A DNA stretch of 63,582 nucleotides, filler included, from Bacteroidales bacterium (lineage in GTDB: Bacteria > Bacteroidota > Bacteroidia > Bacteroidales > CAIWKO01), in assembly GCA_035389045.1 (NCBI GenBank). It is 4 parts of 4 records of this genome, joined end to end, with 100 filler letters (N's around TTAATTAATTAA, not from the genome) between each part and the next. Parts side by side here need not be neighbours in the genome. Positions count along the whole stretch, not along the records: positions 38,359 to 57,085 come from DAOORA010000077.1; 3 more parts are not named here. The stretch is one strand, 5' to 3'. How positions within the stretch are numbered: position 1 is the first letter of the stretch; every line of letters begins with the position of its first letter. The translations under genes and the position numbers were made by a program. Shown piece after piece: positions 42,001 to 50,746 of the stretch. The notes beneath the pieces were generated by a model that did not search any database, had not been told where the DNA came from, and was given only the letters and a program-made list of their open reading frames with translations.

Positions 42001-44480
42001 CTGCCAGCGGATCAGGGGATATAGCCTCGTTTACCGCTACCAATACCGGAACGTCTCCAATTTCGGCCACCATTACCGTCACACCAGACATAAACAACTG
42101 CTCCGGTACTCCATCTACCTATACCATCACGGTGAATCCTTCGCCAGGCGTCACTGTCCCGGCAGACATTACCGTATGTAATAATGGCTCTGTAACTGCT
42201 TCCAATTTTACCAGCACGCCTGCCGGAGGAACGTTTTCGTGGACCAACTCAAATACTGCTATCGGTTTAGCAGCCAATGGCACAGGTAATATTGCTTCGT
42301 TTAATGCTACTAATACAGGTACCTCCCCTATTTCAGCTACTATTACGGTTACCCCGACAGTAAACAACTGCAGCGGGGCTTTTTCCACATATATTATCAC
42401 AGTGAATCCTACGCCAACAGTTACTGTGCCTTCAAACATCACGTTATGTAATAATAGCAGTGTAGCGGCAACGAATTTCACCAGCATTCCTGCCGGTGGA
42501 ACTTTTACATGGACCAATTCCAACACAGCTATAGGCTTAGGGTCCGCCGGAACCGGAAATATCGCAACATTTACAGCAACGAATACAGGATCAACCCCAA
42601 TATCAGGCACTATTACCGTTGCTCCTTCCCTGAACAATTGCCCGGGCATAAATTCCACCTATACGATTACCGTCAACCCGACGCCATCAGTCAGCGTTAC
42701 TGCTGATGTGTCTGTTTGCAGCGGTGAAACAGTTCCGGCAACGGCATTTACAAGTAATACCCCAGGGTGTACCTTTGCATGGACAAATTCAAATACAGCT
42801 ATTGGTCTCTATGCCAATGGAACGGGGAATATTGCAGCTTTTACAGCGACTAATACAGGCACAGAGCCTATTACGGCGACTATCACAGTCACACCTTCTG
42901 CCAACGGTTGTCCGGGTACAGCATCAACATACAATATTACAGTAAATCCAATTCCTTCTGTGGCAAGCATAGCTAATATAACTTCATGCAGCGGGGATAC
43001 TATTCCTGCGATCACCTTTACAAGTCTTACAACCGGGACTACTTTTGCATGGACAAATTCCAACACCGCTATAGGTATTGCATCAAGCGGAACCGGAGAT
43101 ATACCATCCTTTATTGTTACCAATGCCGGAACCGTGGCTATTACTTCAACAATTTCAGTACTGCCAACAGCAAATAACTGTACAGGTACTCCTTCGGCAT
43201 TTACTATCATCGTGAATCCCTTGCCTGTTGTTACATTCGGCATATTGCCTCAGCTATGCGTAACTTCGCCATTATTGAATTTGTCCCAGGCATCTCCGTC
43301 TGGAGGCACATACTCCGGTCCCGGTGTTACGGGTAATACTTTTGATCCGGCAGCAGCGGGTATCGGTACTCATACCCTTACCTATGAATATACATTACCA
43401 TCTACCGGATGCAATAACTCTGCATCATCACAAATCGTTATAACAAGTGGATTAACAATAACCGTCACGCCTGACCACCCGTCATATTGCGATGGCGGCA
43501 ATGTATTGCTGACTGCTGAAGGGGCTTACAATTACAGTTGGCAGCCCAATACCGGTATATCTCCCAATACCGGAGCAAATGTTGTTGCATCACCACTAAA
43601 TACAACCACCTATACGGTTATCGGGACTAATCCTGATGGTTGTGCAGGTTCTGCCACTGTAACGGTAATGGTTTATCATATTCCTTTGTTGTCCATAACC
43701 CCTGTACCAGAAGATGGGTGCAGCCCACTGGAAGTGACTTTCGGATATATACCGGCCGGAATAATAGATACCAATTCATTATCCTGGAACTTTGGCGATC
43801 CCAATTCTGCAAATAATACATCAACAGCGACAGCACCTTCACATTTATACATAGATCACGGCACTTATCCGGTCAACCTTAGCGCTCAGACTATCGAGGG
43901 GTGTCCCGTGTCAGCCGCCGATACCGTGATTGCCTATAAAAAACCGGTTGCAGATTTCATATTTAACCCGGAATTTGCCTATACCGATAATGGCAGGATA
44001 GATTTTATCAACCTCACTACCGGCGTTAACGCATGGACATGGAATTTCGGTGATCCCGCTTCCTATAACGATAACTATTCAGGATTACTAAATCCTTATC
44101 ACATCTATACTGATTCAGGCACTTATACTGTTCAACTTATTGTATACAGCAGCCAAAACTGCTCCGATACACTTGAAAAGCCTTTAGTTGTTTTACCATC
44201 GATCATAATTTTCATTCCGAATGCTTTCACAGCAGACAATGACTTATTGAATGATATATGGAAGCCTGAGATTTCAGGAATAGATAAAAAGACTTATGAA
44301 TTGTATATTTATGACCGTTGGGGAATGAATATTTTTTATACTGATGATATCGATCAGGGATGGAATGGAACATATAAGGGAAAGAAGATAGAAGCCGGTG
44401 TATATGTTTATTATATCGTTTACCGGAATCTGATGGGAAAGCTGTATAAATACAGGGGAACTGTAACGTTAGTCAGGTAA
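39099..44480 (+). CDS. Very large T9SS type-B cargo (adhesin-like) with Cys-rich head, stalk of 90-aa PKD-like repeats, PKD domains and CTD
   Basis: Signal peptide ending VYG-Q; DDRWSSVINLPFTFCFYG head; repeats VNPTPTVTVP..FTSTP.GGTF.WTNSNTAIG; CTD FIPNAFTADND..IYDRWG..GVYVY..GTVTLVR; spans a 100-N gap. Confidence 0.9.
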   Translation: MKKAILFFTFFLLLIIFPNPRVYGQPGCASVTITTNGGNDFILPCLQSCTTLEAIAIQTSGQTSTYSVSAVPYAPPYPYDTGTPILVNIDDRWSSVINLPFTFCFYGISHNQIIAGSNGVVSFDVWQATGYCNYAFIDSCPSPSLILNAIYGVYHDIDPTDTGRLYYAILGEYPCRTFVVNWDQMPMFYNPNECDCDTMRATHQIVLYETSNIIEVYIKNKPLCSCSNNGNAIVGIQNATGTQGLTAPGRNTIPLWSAQNEAWRFTPTGSSVVGIEWYEGGSLIGSGNSIQVCPTNNTTYTAQADYSTCTGIPVTVDDEITINMSASSTNLAPVNPIICKGDSINLTAAGSSNFVWSPSDGLNHTTGTSVNASPTSTTTYTVTGSNPGCTTTNSITVTVNPKPVITNMAVTICSGGSFSVTPVNGINGTVPSGTVYSWPSPFVTGITGTSTGSNAVNVSGTLTNITNAPINVIYTVIPTSGSCNGSAFYLTVTVNPTPTVNDPSDQVVCHGSGTTVVNFSGTVTGSIFNWTNSNTGIGLSASGSGDIASFTAINXXXXXXXXXXXXXXXXXXXXXXXXXXXXXXXXXXSTPAGGTFSWTNSNTAIGIAASGTGDIPAFTATNTGTSPIMATVTVIPIVNSCPGTPSSYTIAVNPTPTVTVPANITICNNGNVPASNFTSTPTGGTFTWTNSNTAIGLSANGSGDIAAFTASNSGTSPISATITVTPFVNNCTGIPSTYTITVNPSPTVTVPADITVCNNGSVITTNFTSTPTGGTFSWTNSNTTIGLSASGSGDIASFTAINIGVSPISATITVVPSVNNCTGAPSTYTITVNPTPTVTVPANITICNNDTVPATNFTSTPAGGTFSWINSNTAIGLSASGTGDIVSFTATNTGTSSISATITVTPSVNNCNGTPSTYTITVNPTPTVIVPANITVCNNGSVPSTNFTSTPAGGTFSWTNSNTAIGLSASGSGDIASFTATNTGTSPISATITVTPDINNCSGTPSTYTITVNPSPGVTVPADITVCNNGSVTASNFTSTPAGGTFSWTNSNTAIGLAANGTGNIASFNATNTGTSPISATITVTPTVNNCSGAFSTYIITVNPTPTVTVPSNITLCNNSSVAATNFTSIPAGGTFTWTNSNTAIGLGSAGTGNIATFTATNTGSTPISGTITVAPSLNNCPGINSTYTITVNPTPSVSVTADVSVCSGETVPATAFTSNTPGCTFAWTNSNTAIGLYANGTGNIAAFTATNTGTEPITATITVTPSANGCPGTASTYNITVNPIPSVASIANITSCSGDTIPAITFTSLTTGTTFAWTNSNTAIGIASSGTGDIPSFIVTNAGTVAITSTISVLPTANNCTGTPSAFTIIVNPLPVVTFGILPQLCVTSPLLNLSQASPSGGTYSGPGVTGNTFDPAAAGIGTHTLTYEYTLPSTGCNNSASSQIVITSGLTITVTPDHPSYCDGGNVLLTAEGAYNYSWQPNTGISPNTGANVVASPLNTTTYTVIGTNPDGCAGSATVTVMVYHIPLLSITPVPEDGCSPLEVTFGYIPAGIIDTNSLSWNFGDPNSANNTSTATAPSHLYIDHGTYPVNLSAQTIEGCPVSAADTVIAYKKPVADFIFNPEFAYTDNGRIDFINLTTGVNAWTWNFGDPASYNDNYSGLLNPYHIYTDSGTYTVQLIVYSSQNCSDTLEKPLVVLPSIIIFIPNAFTADNDLLNDIWKPEISGIDKKTYELYIYDRWGMNIFYTDDIDQGWNGTYKGKKIEAGVYVYYIVYRNLMGKLYKYRGTVTLVR
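40578..43211 (+). repeat. 270-bp coding tandem array, at least 10 units
   Basis: Units at 41052, 41322, 41592, 41862, 42132, 42402, 42672 and 42942, plus partial units either side of the gap. Confidence 0.92.
40761..40860. other. Sequence gap (100 N) inside the repeat array
   Basis: N run without the linker motif. Confidence 0.97.
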
Positions 44481-44529
44481 GCCAAGCAAAATAAGGATAT
44501 CAGGCCATATCCCTTTAGTTATGATTTTT

Positions 44530-45132
44530 TCATTTTTTACCCAACCACCATTTTCGTTTTATGGGAGTTTGCCTTTCCAGAATTGTCAGTCCGTGGCTTG
44601 TTTCAATATGCTCCCTGATCTGCCATTCGGGATGCTCTTCGAGGAATTCATAAATAGCGGCCTTCATCCCTGGGCGGCCATCGAAAGGATTTACGATCCC
44701 AAAAGTTTCAGTATCGTGCATCATTATCCATTTTTTCACCCTCATATGATGATGCTCCAGTTCTGCTTTGATCTGCCCATACCAATGATCCGTATCAATA
44801 AATAACATATCCGTCATTTTTATCCTGACTTTCAGGCTATCTTTTGTTATATGTCTGAAGAACATGCCATCATCTTCCGCCGCTTGCCTTACCCGCAAAG
44901 CATTTTGGCTGACGACCACATTATAACTGTATACTTTTTCACAACCTGAGGCCAGAAAAGCAAGCGTAGAACAAGCTGAATCAATGCCCAATTCAGTAAC
45001 AATTTTACATTGGGACGCAAAATCAAAAAAAATATCCAGAAGCGGTTTTACCGAATCGTCACGAAACCCTTTTGAGCCGCGTTTGGCATAATCAAACAAT
45101 CTGAGCAGTTGTCCATTCTTAGGCTTGTCCAT
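44530..45132 (-). CDS. Class I SAM-dependent methyltransferase (Methyltransf_24-like)
   Basis: VTELGIDSACST, DMLFIDTDH.Y, IMMHDT, AIYEFL..HPEW, GLTILER. Confidence 0.8.
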   Translation of the reverse strand: MDKPKNGQLLRLFDYAKRGSKGFRDDSVKPLLDIFFDFASQCKIVTELGIDSACSTLAFLASGCEKVYSYNVVVSQNALRVRQAAEDDGMFFRHITKDSLKVRIKMTDMLFIDTDHWYGQIKAELEHHHMRVKKWIMMHDTETFGIVNPFDGRPGMKAAIYEFLEEHPEWQIREHIETSHGLTILERQTPIKRKWWLGKK

Positions 45133-45145
45133 AAAGAATAATCAT

Positions 45146-46111
45146 TTATTTTTTATGCGAAAATAAAACGGTAGCATAAGCAAGTTCGCGATTTTTTTCT
45201 TCGGTCAGTTCTTTAACATAAGATTTATCAAGGTATTTATCACCAGTATCTATAAGGTCTGCAACCTTCAATTGCAGGAATTCGTTTCGTGTTTCACCTT
45301 TCAATCCATCAGCCCAGTTTCGCAATATCCAGGTTAATGACCATATCGGTAAAGCCATTTCATTAATTTCAATCTTATCAAAATCCAAAATACCATCGAA
45401 AAGGCTCATCAATCCCTGATAGGTCATATTAAAATAATGACTTGGATATCCGTGATATGGCTGTAAGAAAGGGACACTACAGATAAGTTGCCCGCCAGGT
45501 TTCAACACACGTGATATTTCCCTGGCGCAACGAAAAGGATCTTTGACATGTTCAAGCACCGACAATGATATCACAGCATCGAATGAATTGTCAATAAATG
45601 GCAACATTTCTCCCACGCCTATTACATCAGTAGAATCATAACCTACAATTTCCAGATTGACGATATTTTCGAAATACTCGTCTCTCCTTCCCGCTCCGCA
45701 ATCAAGGATCAACCCGTTTGCATATTTACTGATTAATTTTTCAATGTTTCTGTCGTAATTATTGCTGCTGACGGCTAAGGTATCAAGGATGTTATACTTT
45801 GATCTTATTTCCGTATTAAGGAAATCGTAAAAATGCCCCGTTTTTTCGATGTAAGTCAAATCATCACAAAGCAATGGCCTTATCTTTTCCAGTTTAATTC
45901 GTTTAGGTTCAGCAATCACACTCAAAGGTAATCTAATGCACCGGCCTTCATTTTTTCCAAAAATATCGAAATGCTGACGGCCTGACAATACCGATAATCC
46001 TTCTTTTACAGCCCGTGCAACATCAGGGTTAGCATCCAGGTAAGCATCCTCGTTAAAATTTTCATCGGTTGCCTTTTCCATAAGGGGGTACGATTTCACC
46101 GAAGTATTCAT
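45146..46111 (-). CDS. Class I SAM-dependent methyltransferase with an N-terminal accessory motif
   Basis: LILDCGAG, LPFIDNSFDAVISLSVLEHV, RVLKPGG, PFLQPYHGYPSHY; N-terminal FNEDAYLDANPDV..HFDIFGKNEGR. Confidence 0.9.
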   Translation of the reverse strand: MNTSVKSYPLMEKATDENFNEDAYLDANPDVARAVKEGLSVLSGRQHFDIFGKNEGRCIRLPLSVIAEPKRIKLEKIRPLLCDDLTYIEKTGHFYDFLNTEIRSKYNILDTLAVSSNNYDRNIEKLISKYANGLILDCGAGRRDEYFENIVNLEIVGYDSTDVIGVGEMLPFIDNSFDAVISLSVLEHVKDPFRCAREISRVLKPGGQLICSVPFLQPYHGYPSHYFNMTYQGLMSLFDGILDFDKIEINEMALPIWSLTWILRNWADGLKGETRNEFLQLKVADLIDTGDKYLDKSYVKELTEEKNRELAYATVLFSHKK

Positions 46112-46141
46112 TATTTATAAATATAAATAAACCAACATAAG

Positions 46142-47251
46142 TTATTTTTTTGGCTTGGCCACGAGGTAGATGTAATCGGATGGCAACAGTTCACTCGTTA
46201 TCAGCGACTTCTCCACTTCAATAAGCACCTTCAGGGCTTTCTCCCCTTCTGAACTAGTCTCAAAATTTCCGGCTATTCCGTTCAGCAGCGGATGAAGTAT
46301 AGTACCGCCTGTTTTATGAAATTCACATATATCAAAATAATCAGCCATGATCTGTAAAATTTCTCCTGATCGGACGCTTTCATCAGGATCGGTCAGCATT
46401 AGTTTTTTAAGGTCGATCCGGTGTTCAAAAGATTTGATATCCACATTATTCTGATAACGTCTCAGTTTTTCGGGTAACAGATTTAAAAGTGCATGTACCA
46501 TTCCCAGCTGTTCGTTAGTAAACTGCAAATGGTCAGGTCCCACATATTCATACATCACCAGTATACCATCTTTTTTCAGGCCCCTGCGAATCTGGGAAAA
46601 GAAATGTTCAAGATTTTTAATATGATGTACCGTACCCCATGCGTTAATATAATCGTATTCATCTTCACCTAAAACGAACTCATTAAAATCCACCTGCCGG
46701 TATTCGATATTGGTAATATTTTCTGCCCTGCACCTGTCCTGCTGACGGGCAAGTAATCCTTCTGCAATATCCATCACTATGACCTCGCTGCAGAACTTAT
46801 TTTTTACAAGCCGGATTTCCGGCTTTGCAGATTCATCACATCCAATAAATCCGGCACGGATCAGTCGTCCATCGAAATTATTTCTTAGGACATTAACAGT
46901 ATAAGAAAGCATATCCATATTGGGATCGCCTGAAATACATTCAAACTGATATGCAGCAACCTGATCCAGTGTTTCCCAGTATATTTTAAAGCCATTGCTG
47001 ATATAATGCCGGACAGAATCATCCCAGATGAACCTGTTTTTATAGTCAGCCATATCGAAATTCCTGAATTCGTCTTCATAAGGTTCAAGTATTTCCTTTG
47101 CAGCATCAATTACAACTCCATATTCCAATGCCCAGGCCAGCAGTTTCTCCAGATCGCCTTCCCAGACTTCAGGAAAACAAGCCTGAAGATCTTTTCGGAT
47201 GGCAAATACGTTGATAAGTTCCTGAATACCTGTATATTTTTCTGCTGCCAT
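46142..47251 (-). CDS. Class I SAM-dependent methyltransferase with an N-terminal accessory motif
   Basis: VMDIA..L, YRQVDFN, YDYI..GTVHHI, GLKKDGILVMYEYVGP, DPDESVRS; N-terminal RKDLQACFPE..LLAWALEYG. Confidence 0.85.
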   Translation of the reverse strand: MAAEKYTGIQELINVFAIRKDLQACFPEVWEGDLEKLLAWALEYGVVIDAAKEILEPYEDEFRNFDMADYKNRFIWDDSVRHYISNGFKIYWETLDQVAAYQFECISGDPNMDMLSYTVNVLRNNFDGRLIRAGFIGCDESAKPEIRLVKNKFCSEVIVMDIAEGLLARQQDRCRAENITNIEYRQVDFNEFVLGEDEYDYINAWGTVHHIKNLEHFFSQIRRGLKKDGILVMYEYVGPDHLQFTNEQLGMVHALLNLLPEKLRRYQNNVDIKSFEHRIDLKKLMLTDPDESVRSGEILQIMADYFDICEFHKTGGTILHPLLNGIAGNFETSSEGEKALKVLIEVEKSLITSELLPSDYIYLVAKPKK

Positions 47252-47332
47252 TACTACTGTTCCCAAATTTTTAAATTCAGAAAAAACTGAAAAAGATTCA
47301 GATTTCTCCCTTCATTTTTAAAACAAAAATAG

Positions 47333-47340
47333 CAAATATA
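47333..47340 (-). promoter_or_regulatory. Bacteroidota -7 promoter element ahead of the three methyltransferases
   Basis: CAAATATA reads TATATTTG on the minus strand. Confidence 0.5.
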
Positions 47341-47343
47341 ATA

Positions 47344-50300
47344 TCAATTAATACGGGAGTGAATACTATCTTTTTTATCAATCATTACCGGATTCTGATC
47401 AAGGATTTTGTAAATAGTATAATCGGCCATTTCCTGAATCACAATATCGGGCTTTTCTTTTTCGATGATGGTTGGATAAAAAAGATGTGTGTAGAGAAAA
47501 TAAGTCTTACTAAAATTATTGGTTAAATAATACAGAAGAAACCCTCCGAACGAGTCGCCGTACATCAGCACAGAAGGGTTGTTGATTGTTTTATTATGGA
47601 AACAATAGGCAGGCGCCGGTGATGAAAATTCAGGATAAACCGGATAGGTAGTTTCGGTTGCAGCAGTCAGTTTATCATTAGAGGGCATATATTCACAATA
47701 CTTGACGAATTTCTCGATAGCAATCAAAACATAAAGGTCGGGTTTATAATTAGGAAATTTGATCCATGTAATATCTTTTAACGGCAAAGGAGTTCCTGTC
47801 TCCGGATAATCCCTGCTGATCTGTTCGATCATGGCAGCATATGCCACATAAGCTCCATAGTGGGTCCAATGTGAATTACTTCTGTAATACAGATCGGCAT
47901 AATTATTTTTCTTTGCTTCCATCAATGGATTATGAATATCAATAATATCGAGGTCGGTGTTTAACTTCAGATATTCGAGTAATTGTTCAAGTTTTGATTT
48001 CTGATGATAACGCCATAGACGGGGGCCAATATACTCTTCATAAACGGCATATGACATGGTTGGAAATACCAGGTAAAAGTGGATGTCCCGTTCCATAAGC
48101 CAATCGCGGCGAGCCACCAGCACATCCTTCATTTTCTTCAGCTCCTCCGGTGTAAGCGGGTTGCGGTTTTCATAATTCTCCCTGCACACTCCTCCAATAT
48201 AATACATCCAATTGTTTTCTCCGAAATGTACATTTTGATTATTCAGCACTTTCCTGAAAATCGAATATTCAATATAATTATTCAAAATAATGATGTTGTT
48301 TCTTCCCGGTATCTGGTCTTTCAGGTAATCATCAAGCCGTTTTACAAAAACTTCAGAAGAATCAGGCTTAAAAACAGGACGCGGATTGGTATAGCGCATC
48401 TCAGCAGTGAGCACCAGTCCTTCGGAACTAAATAAACTCAAAAGGAATCCATAAGAGATCAGGGAGACAAACACCAAAGTAAAAAAAACAGCCGTAAGTT
48501 GTTGCTTGCCAGTAGTGTTTCCCAGAAGAAGTAATAACAGAAAGAAAATTATTGTAATCAGTAAAAAGATATTATGTTTTAACCATAACTGTAAATTTAT
48601 CTCACCCATCTGCCCAGCTGCCGTCAATACAAAAAACGGATCATTTCCTTTGACCTGCAATACATTACCATATCTGACCATGTCGTTCAACAGCATCTTT
48701 TCAGGAGGCAAATCATCATAATTCCAGGTATTCTTAATCAGGCCTGTTTTTGTACAAATTCGGGTGTCCTTTAGTTCCTTTGTTGTTTCTGCGACATCAC
48801 AACGAAGGAACTTGTTCGCTGAAAGATCAATATTAGTTTTGAAAATGTTGAGGCCTTTGTCGGTTGAAATAATTTTAGTAGCTTCAAAAGAAGGATTGTT
48901 GTTATAATAAAATTGTACACTTTTTACAAGAGTGGATGTCTTCAATCTTACCTGATCCTGCAAATCGAGGCATAGCCAGTAATAAACAAACATCATCAAC
49001 AATGAAATAACGCATGATGCCATGAAATATCGCGTTCGCGGAGATATTATCACCACTACTGTAAACACGATAAAAAACAAAAGCAGCACAAAACTGTCAA
49101 TAAGATTTTTTGTATTGCTGTTTTTCAGGCAGGTAAATGGCAGCAAATGAACAATGACAGGCCTGCCAACCTGCTGAGCAACAGCCATAACACATTCATT
49201 ATCAACAAGGATGGTAGCATTACTGATAGAGCATACAGGCTCATTCTTATCAAATATGGAGTAAACATGATCGTTGTGAAAAAGATTTACAGACAGCAGT
49301 TGTATGGTGTCATTACTGTTCAGACTGTCAAATTTAAGAAAGAAACCTTCATCTGTGTTAAAGCGGCCTGAATAATGAAGATATTTATAAGATGGCGCGT
49401 CAAGTATCCATGAAGCAACGGAATCGGAGCCGTTAATGAGGCTTACAGCCGAAGGCTTTGAGGTCATGGCGGAAAAGTACAGGTGATCGTCGCTTTGCGA
49501 AGGTGCTTCTTTCTCCCATACAGCAGAAATAGAGTAATAGGTTAAAGGCAACAATAAAAAAGCATAGTATGCCGGTTTGAACCTAATCTTGATCAACAGC
49601 CTGTCGAATCCACTATAGAAAATCTGAAGCAACAATAAAACAAGGAAAACAAGCAAGGACAAAGCTAAGAATAGGTTTTGTTCCAAAAAGGACAGCCATT
49701 CAAGGTGCCTGATGAAATAAGCGGAAGACAGTTTAATGTATGGATCGTTGCCCGTAATATAGTATTTATCCTGTGACCTGACCAGGTCATTCAGAACAAG
49801 TATTTTCTGCGGCATCGATGCCAGATCGTATTCGGAACAGAAAAATCCGGGCTTGATCATTATTTTCAAATCCTGAAGATTAATAATACTATCGCCGGGA
49901 TCCAATCTAAGAAACCTGTCTTTTGAGTAATTTACGGGAACACTAAATGAATTTGAAATAAGGACTGATGAGAACTTTTTTTCCGGGGTAAAAAACGGAT
50001 CCTTATGATAAAAAATCTCCGCATTTTTTAGCTGCGTATCACAATTCATCGTTGCCCGTCCTATAAGGCTTTTATCGAATGTCAGGTGAGCGATGACCAT
50101 CACCAGCAGGGTAATAAGCAGGACTGCAATAAAATAACGTTTTGAAGGAGCACAGGCCAGTAGCACCAAAATTATCGCTACAAAAGCAAAAATTACCAGC
50201 CACAGGGGATTAAAACCTGAAGCACTTGTTTCCCAAACAGTTGGAGGGGGAAGATCAATGATCACCGGCTGCCCGCTTTGCTGCACAACCACGGCAATTC

Positions 50301-50709
50301 CGTCATCATTTTCAATTAGTTCTGCATTTTTAACATCACATTTCTTTTTAATACCTTCAACAAGTGATGCGACGTGATCGTTATGATACAGGTTAAATCC
50401 CAGAAAGCAAATAGTGTCACCCGCAGCAGCATCATTAATCATCAGGCTAAGCCGGCTACTGTCTGCAATTTGCCCGAGGCACTCCATATCTTTGTAACCT
50501 CCGGGGCTCACACTCCTGGTTATCAGAGTATTCCTCCCATCAAGCAAACTAAGGGATACCGGTTTTGAGGTTTTAACAGAAAAAAAGAAATAATCATTTG
50601 TTTTTTTTTCCGTTGGATAATCTTTAACCTTAAAACCATAGCACAAAAAATAGGCTAGTGGTACTGCCAGAAAAAGCAAATAAACCGGTTTAAGCCTCTT
50701 TTTTAACAT
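47344..50709 (-). CDS. Multi-TM protein: duplicated unknown module fused to an AlgJ/AlgX-like SGNH acyltransferase domain
   Basis: C-terminal YLKDQIPGR, V.FGENNWMYY, YYRSNSHWTHYGAY, MYGDSF, IEKEKPDIVIQE; N-terminal two thirds is an internal repeat with TM helices. Confidence 0.85.
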   Translation of the reverse strand: MLKKRLKPVYLLFLAVPLAYFLCYGFKVKDYPTEKKTNDYFFFSVKTSKPVSLSLLDGRNTLITRSVSPGGYKDMECLGQIADSSRLSLMINDAAAGDTICFLGFNLYHNDHVASLVEGIKKKCDVKNAELIENDDGIAVVVQQSGQPVIIDLPPPTVWETSASGFNPLWLVIFAFVAIILVLLACAPSKRYFIAVLLITLLVMVIAHLTFDKSLIGRATMNCDTQLKNAEIFYHKDPFFTPEKKFSSVLISNSFSVPVNYSKDRFLRLDPGDSIINLQDLKIMIKPGFFCSEYDLASMPQKILVLNDLVRSQDKYYITGNDPYIKLSSAYFIRHLEWLSFLEQNLFLALSLLVFLVLLLLQIFYSGFDRLLIKIRFKPAYYAFLLLPLTYYSISAVWEKEAPSQSDDHLYFSAMTSKPSAVSLINGSDSVASWILDAPSYKYLHYSGRFNTDEGFFLKFDSLNSNDTIQLLSVNLFHNDHVYSIFDKNEPVCSISNATILVDNECVMAVAQQVGRPVIVHLLPFTCLKNSNTKNLIDSFVLLLFFIVFTVVVIISPRTRYFMASCVISLLMMFVYYWLCLDLQDQVRLKTSTLVKSVQFYYNNNPSFEATKIISTDKGLNIFKTNIDLSANKFLRCDVAETTKELKDTRICTKTGLIKNTWNYDDLPPEKMLLNDMVRYGNVLQVKGNDPFFVLTAAGQMGEINLQLWLKHNIFLLITIIFFLLLLLLGNTTGKQQLTAVFFTLVFVSLISYGFLLSLFSSEGLVLTAEMRYTNPRPVFKPDSSEVFVKRLDDYLKDQIPGRNNIIILNNYIEYSIFRKVLNNQNVHFGENNWMYYIGGVCRENYENRNPLTPEELKKMKDVLVARRDWLMERDIHFYLVFPTMSYAVYEEYIGPRLWRYHQKSKLEQLLEYLKLNTDLDIIDIHNPLMEAKKNNYADLYYRSNSHWTHYGAYVAYAAMIEQISRDYPETGTPLPLKDITWIKFPNYKPDLYVLIAIEKFVKYCEYMPSNDKLTAATETTYPVYPEFSSPAPAYCFHNKTINNPSVLMYGDSFGGFLLYYLTNNFSKTYFLYTHLFYPTIIEKEKPDIVIQEMADYTIYKILDQNPVMIDKKDSIHSRIN

Positions 50710-50746
50710 CCCACGGATACTTTTTCGTTACTTGTATGTTTATACA

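Noticed and set aside
37489..43243. Series of equal-length minus-strand ORFs (64-89 aa) in the ORF track
   Set aside because: Antisense shadows of the 270-bp coding repeats.
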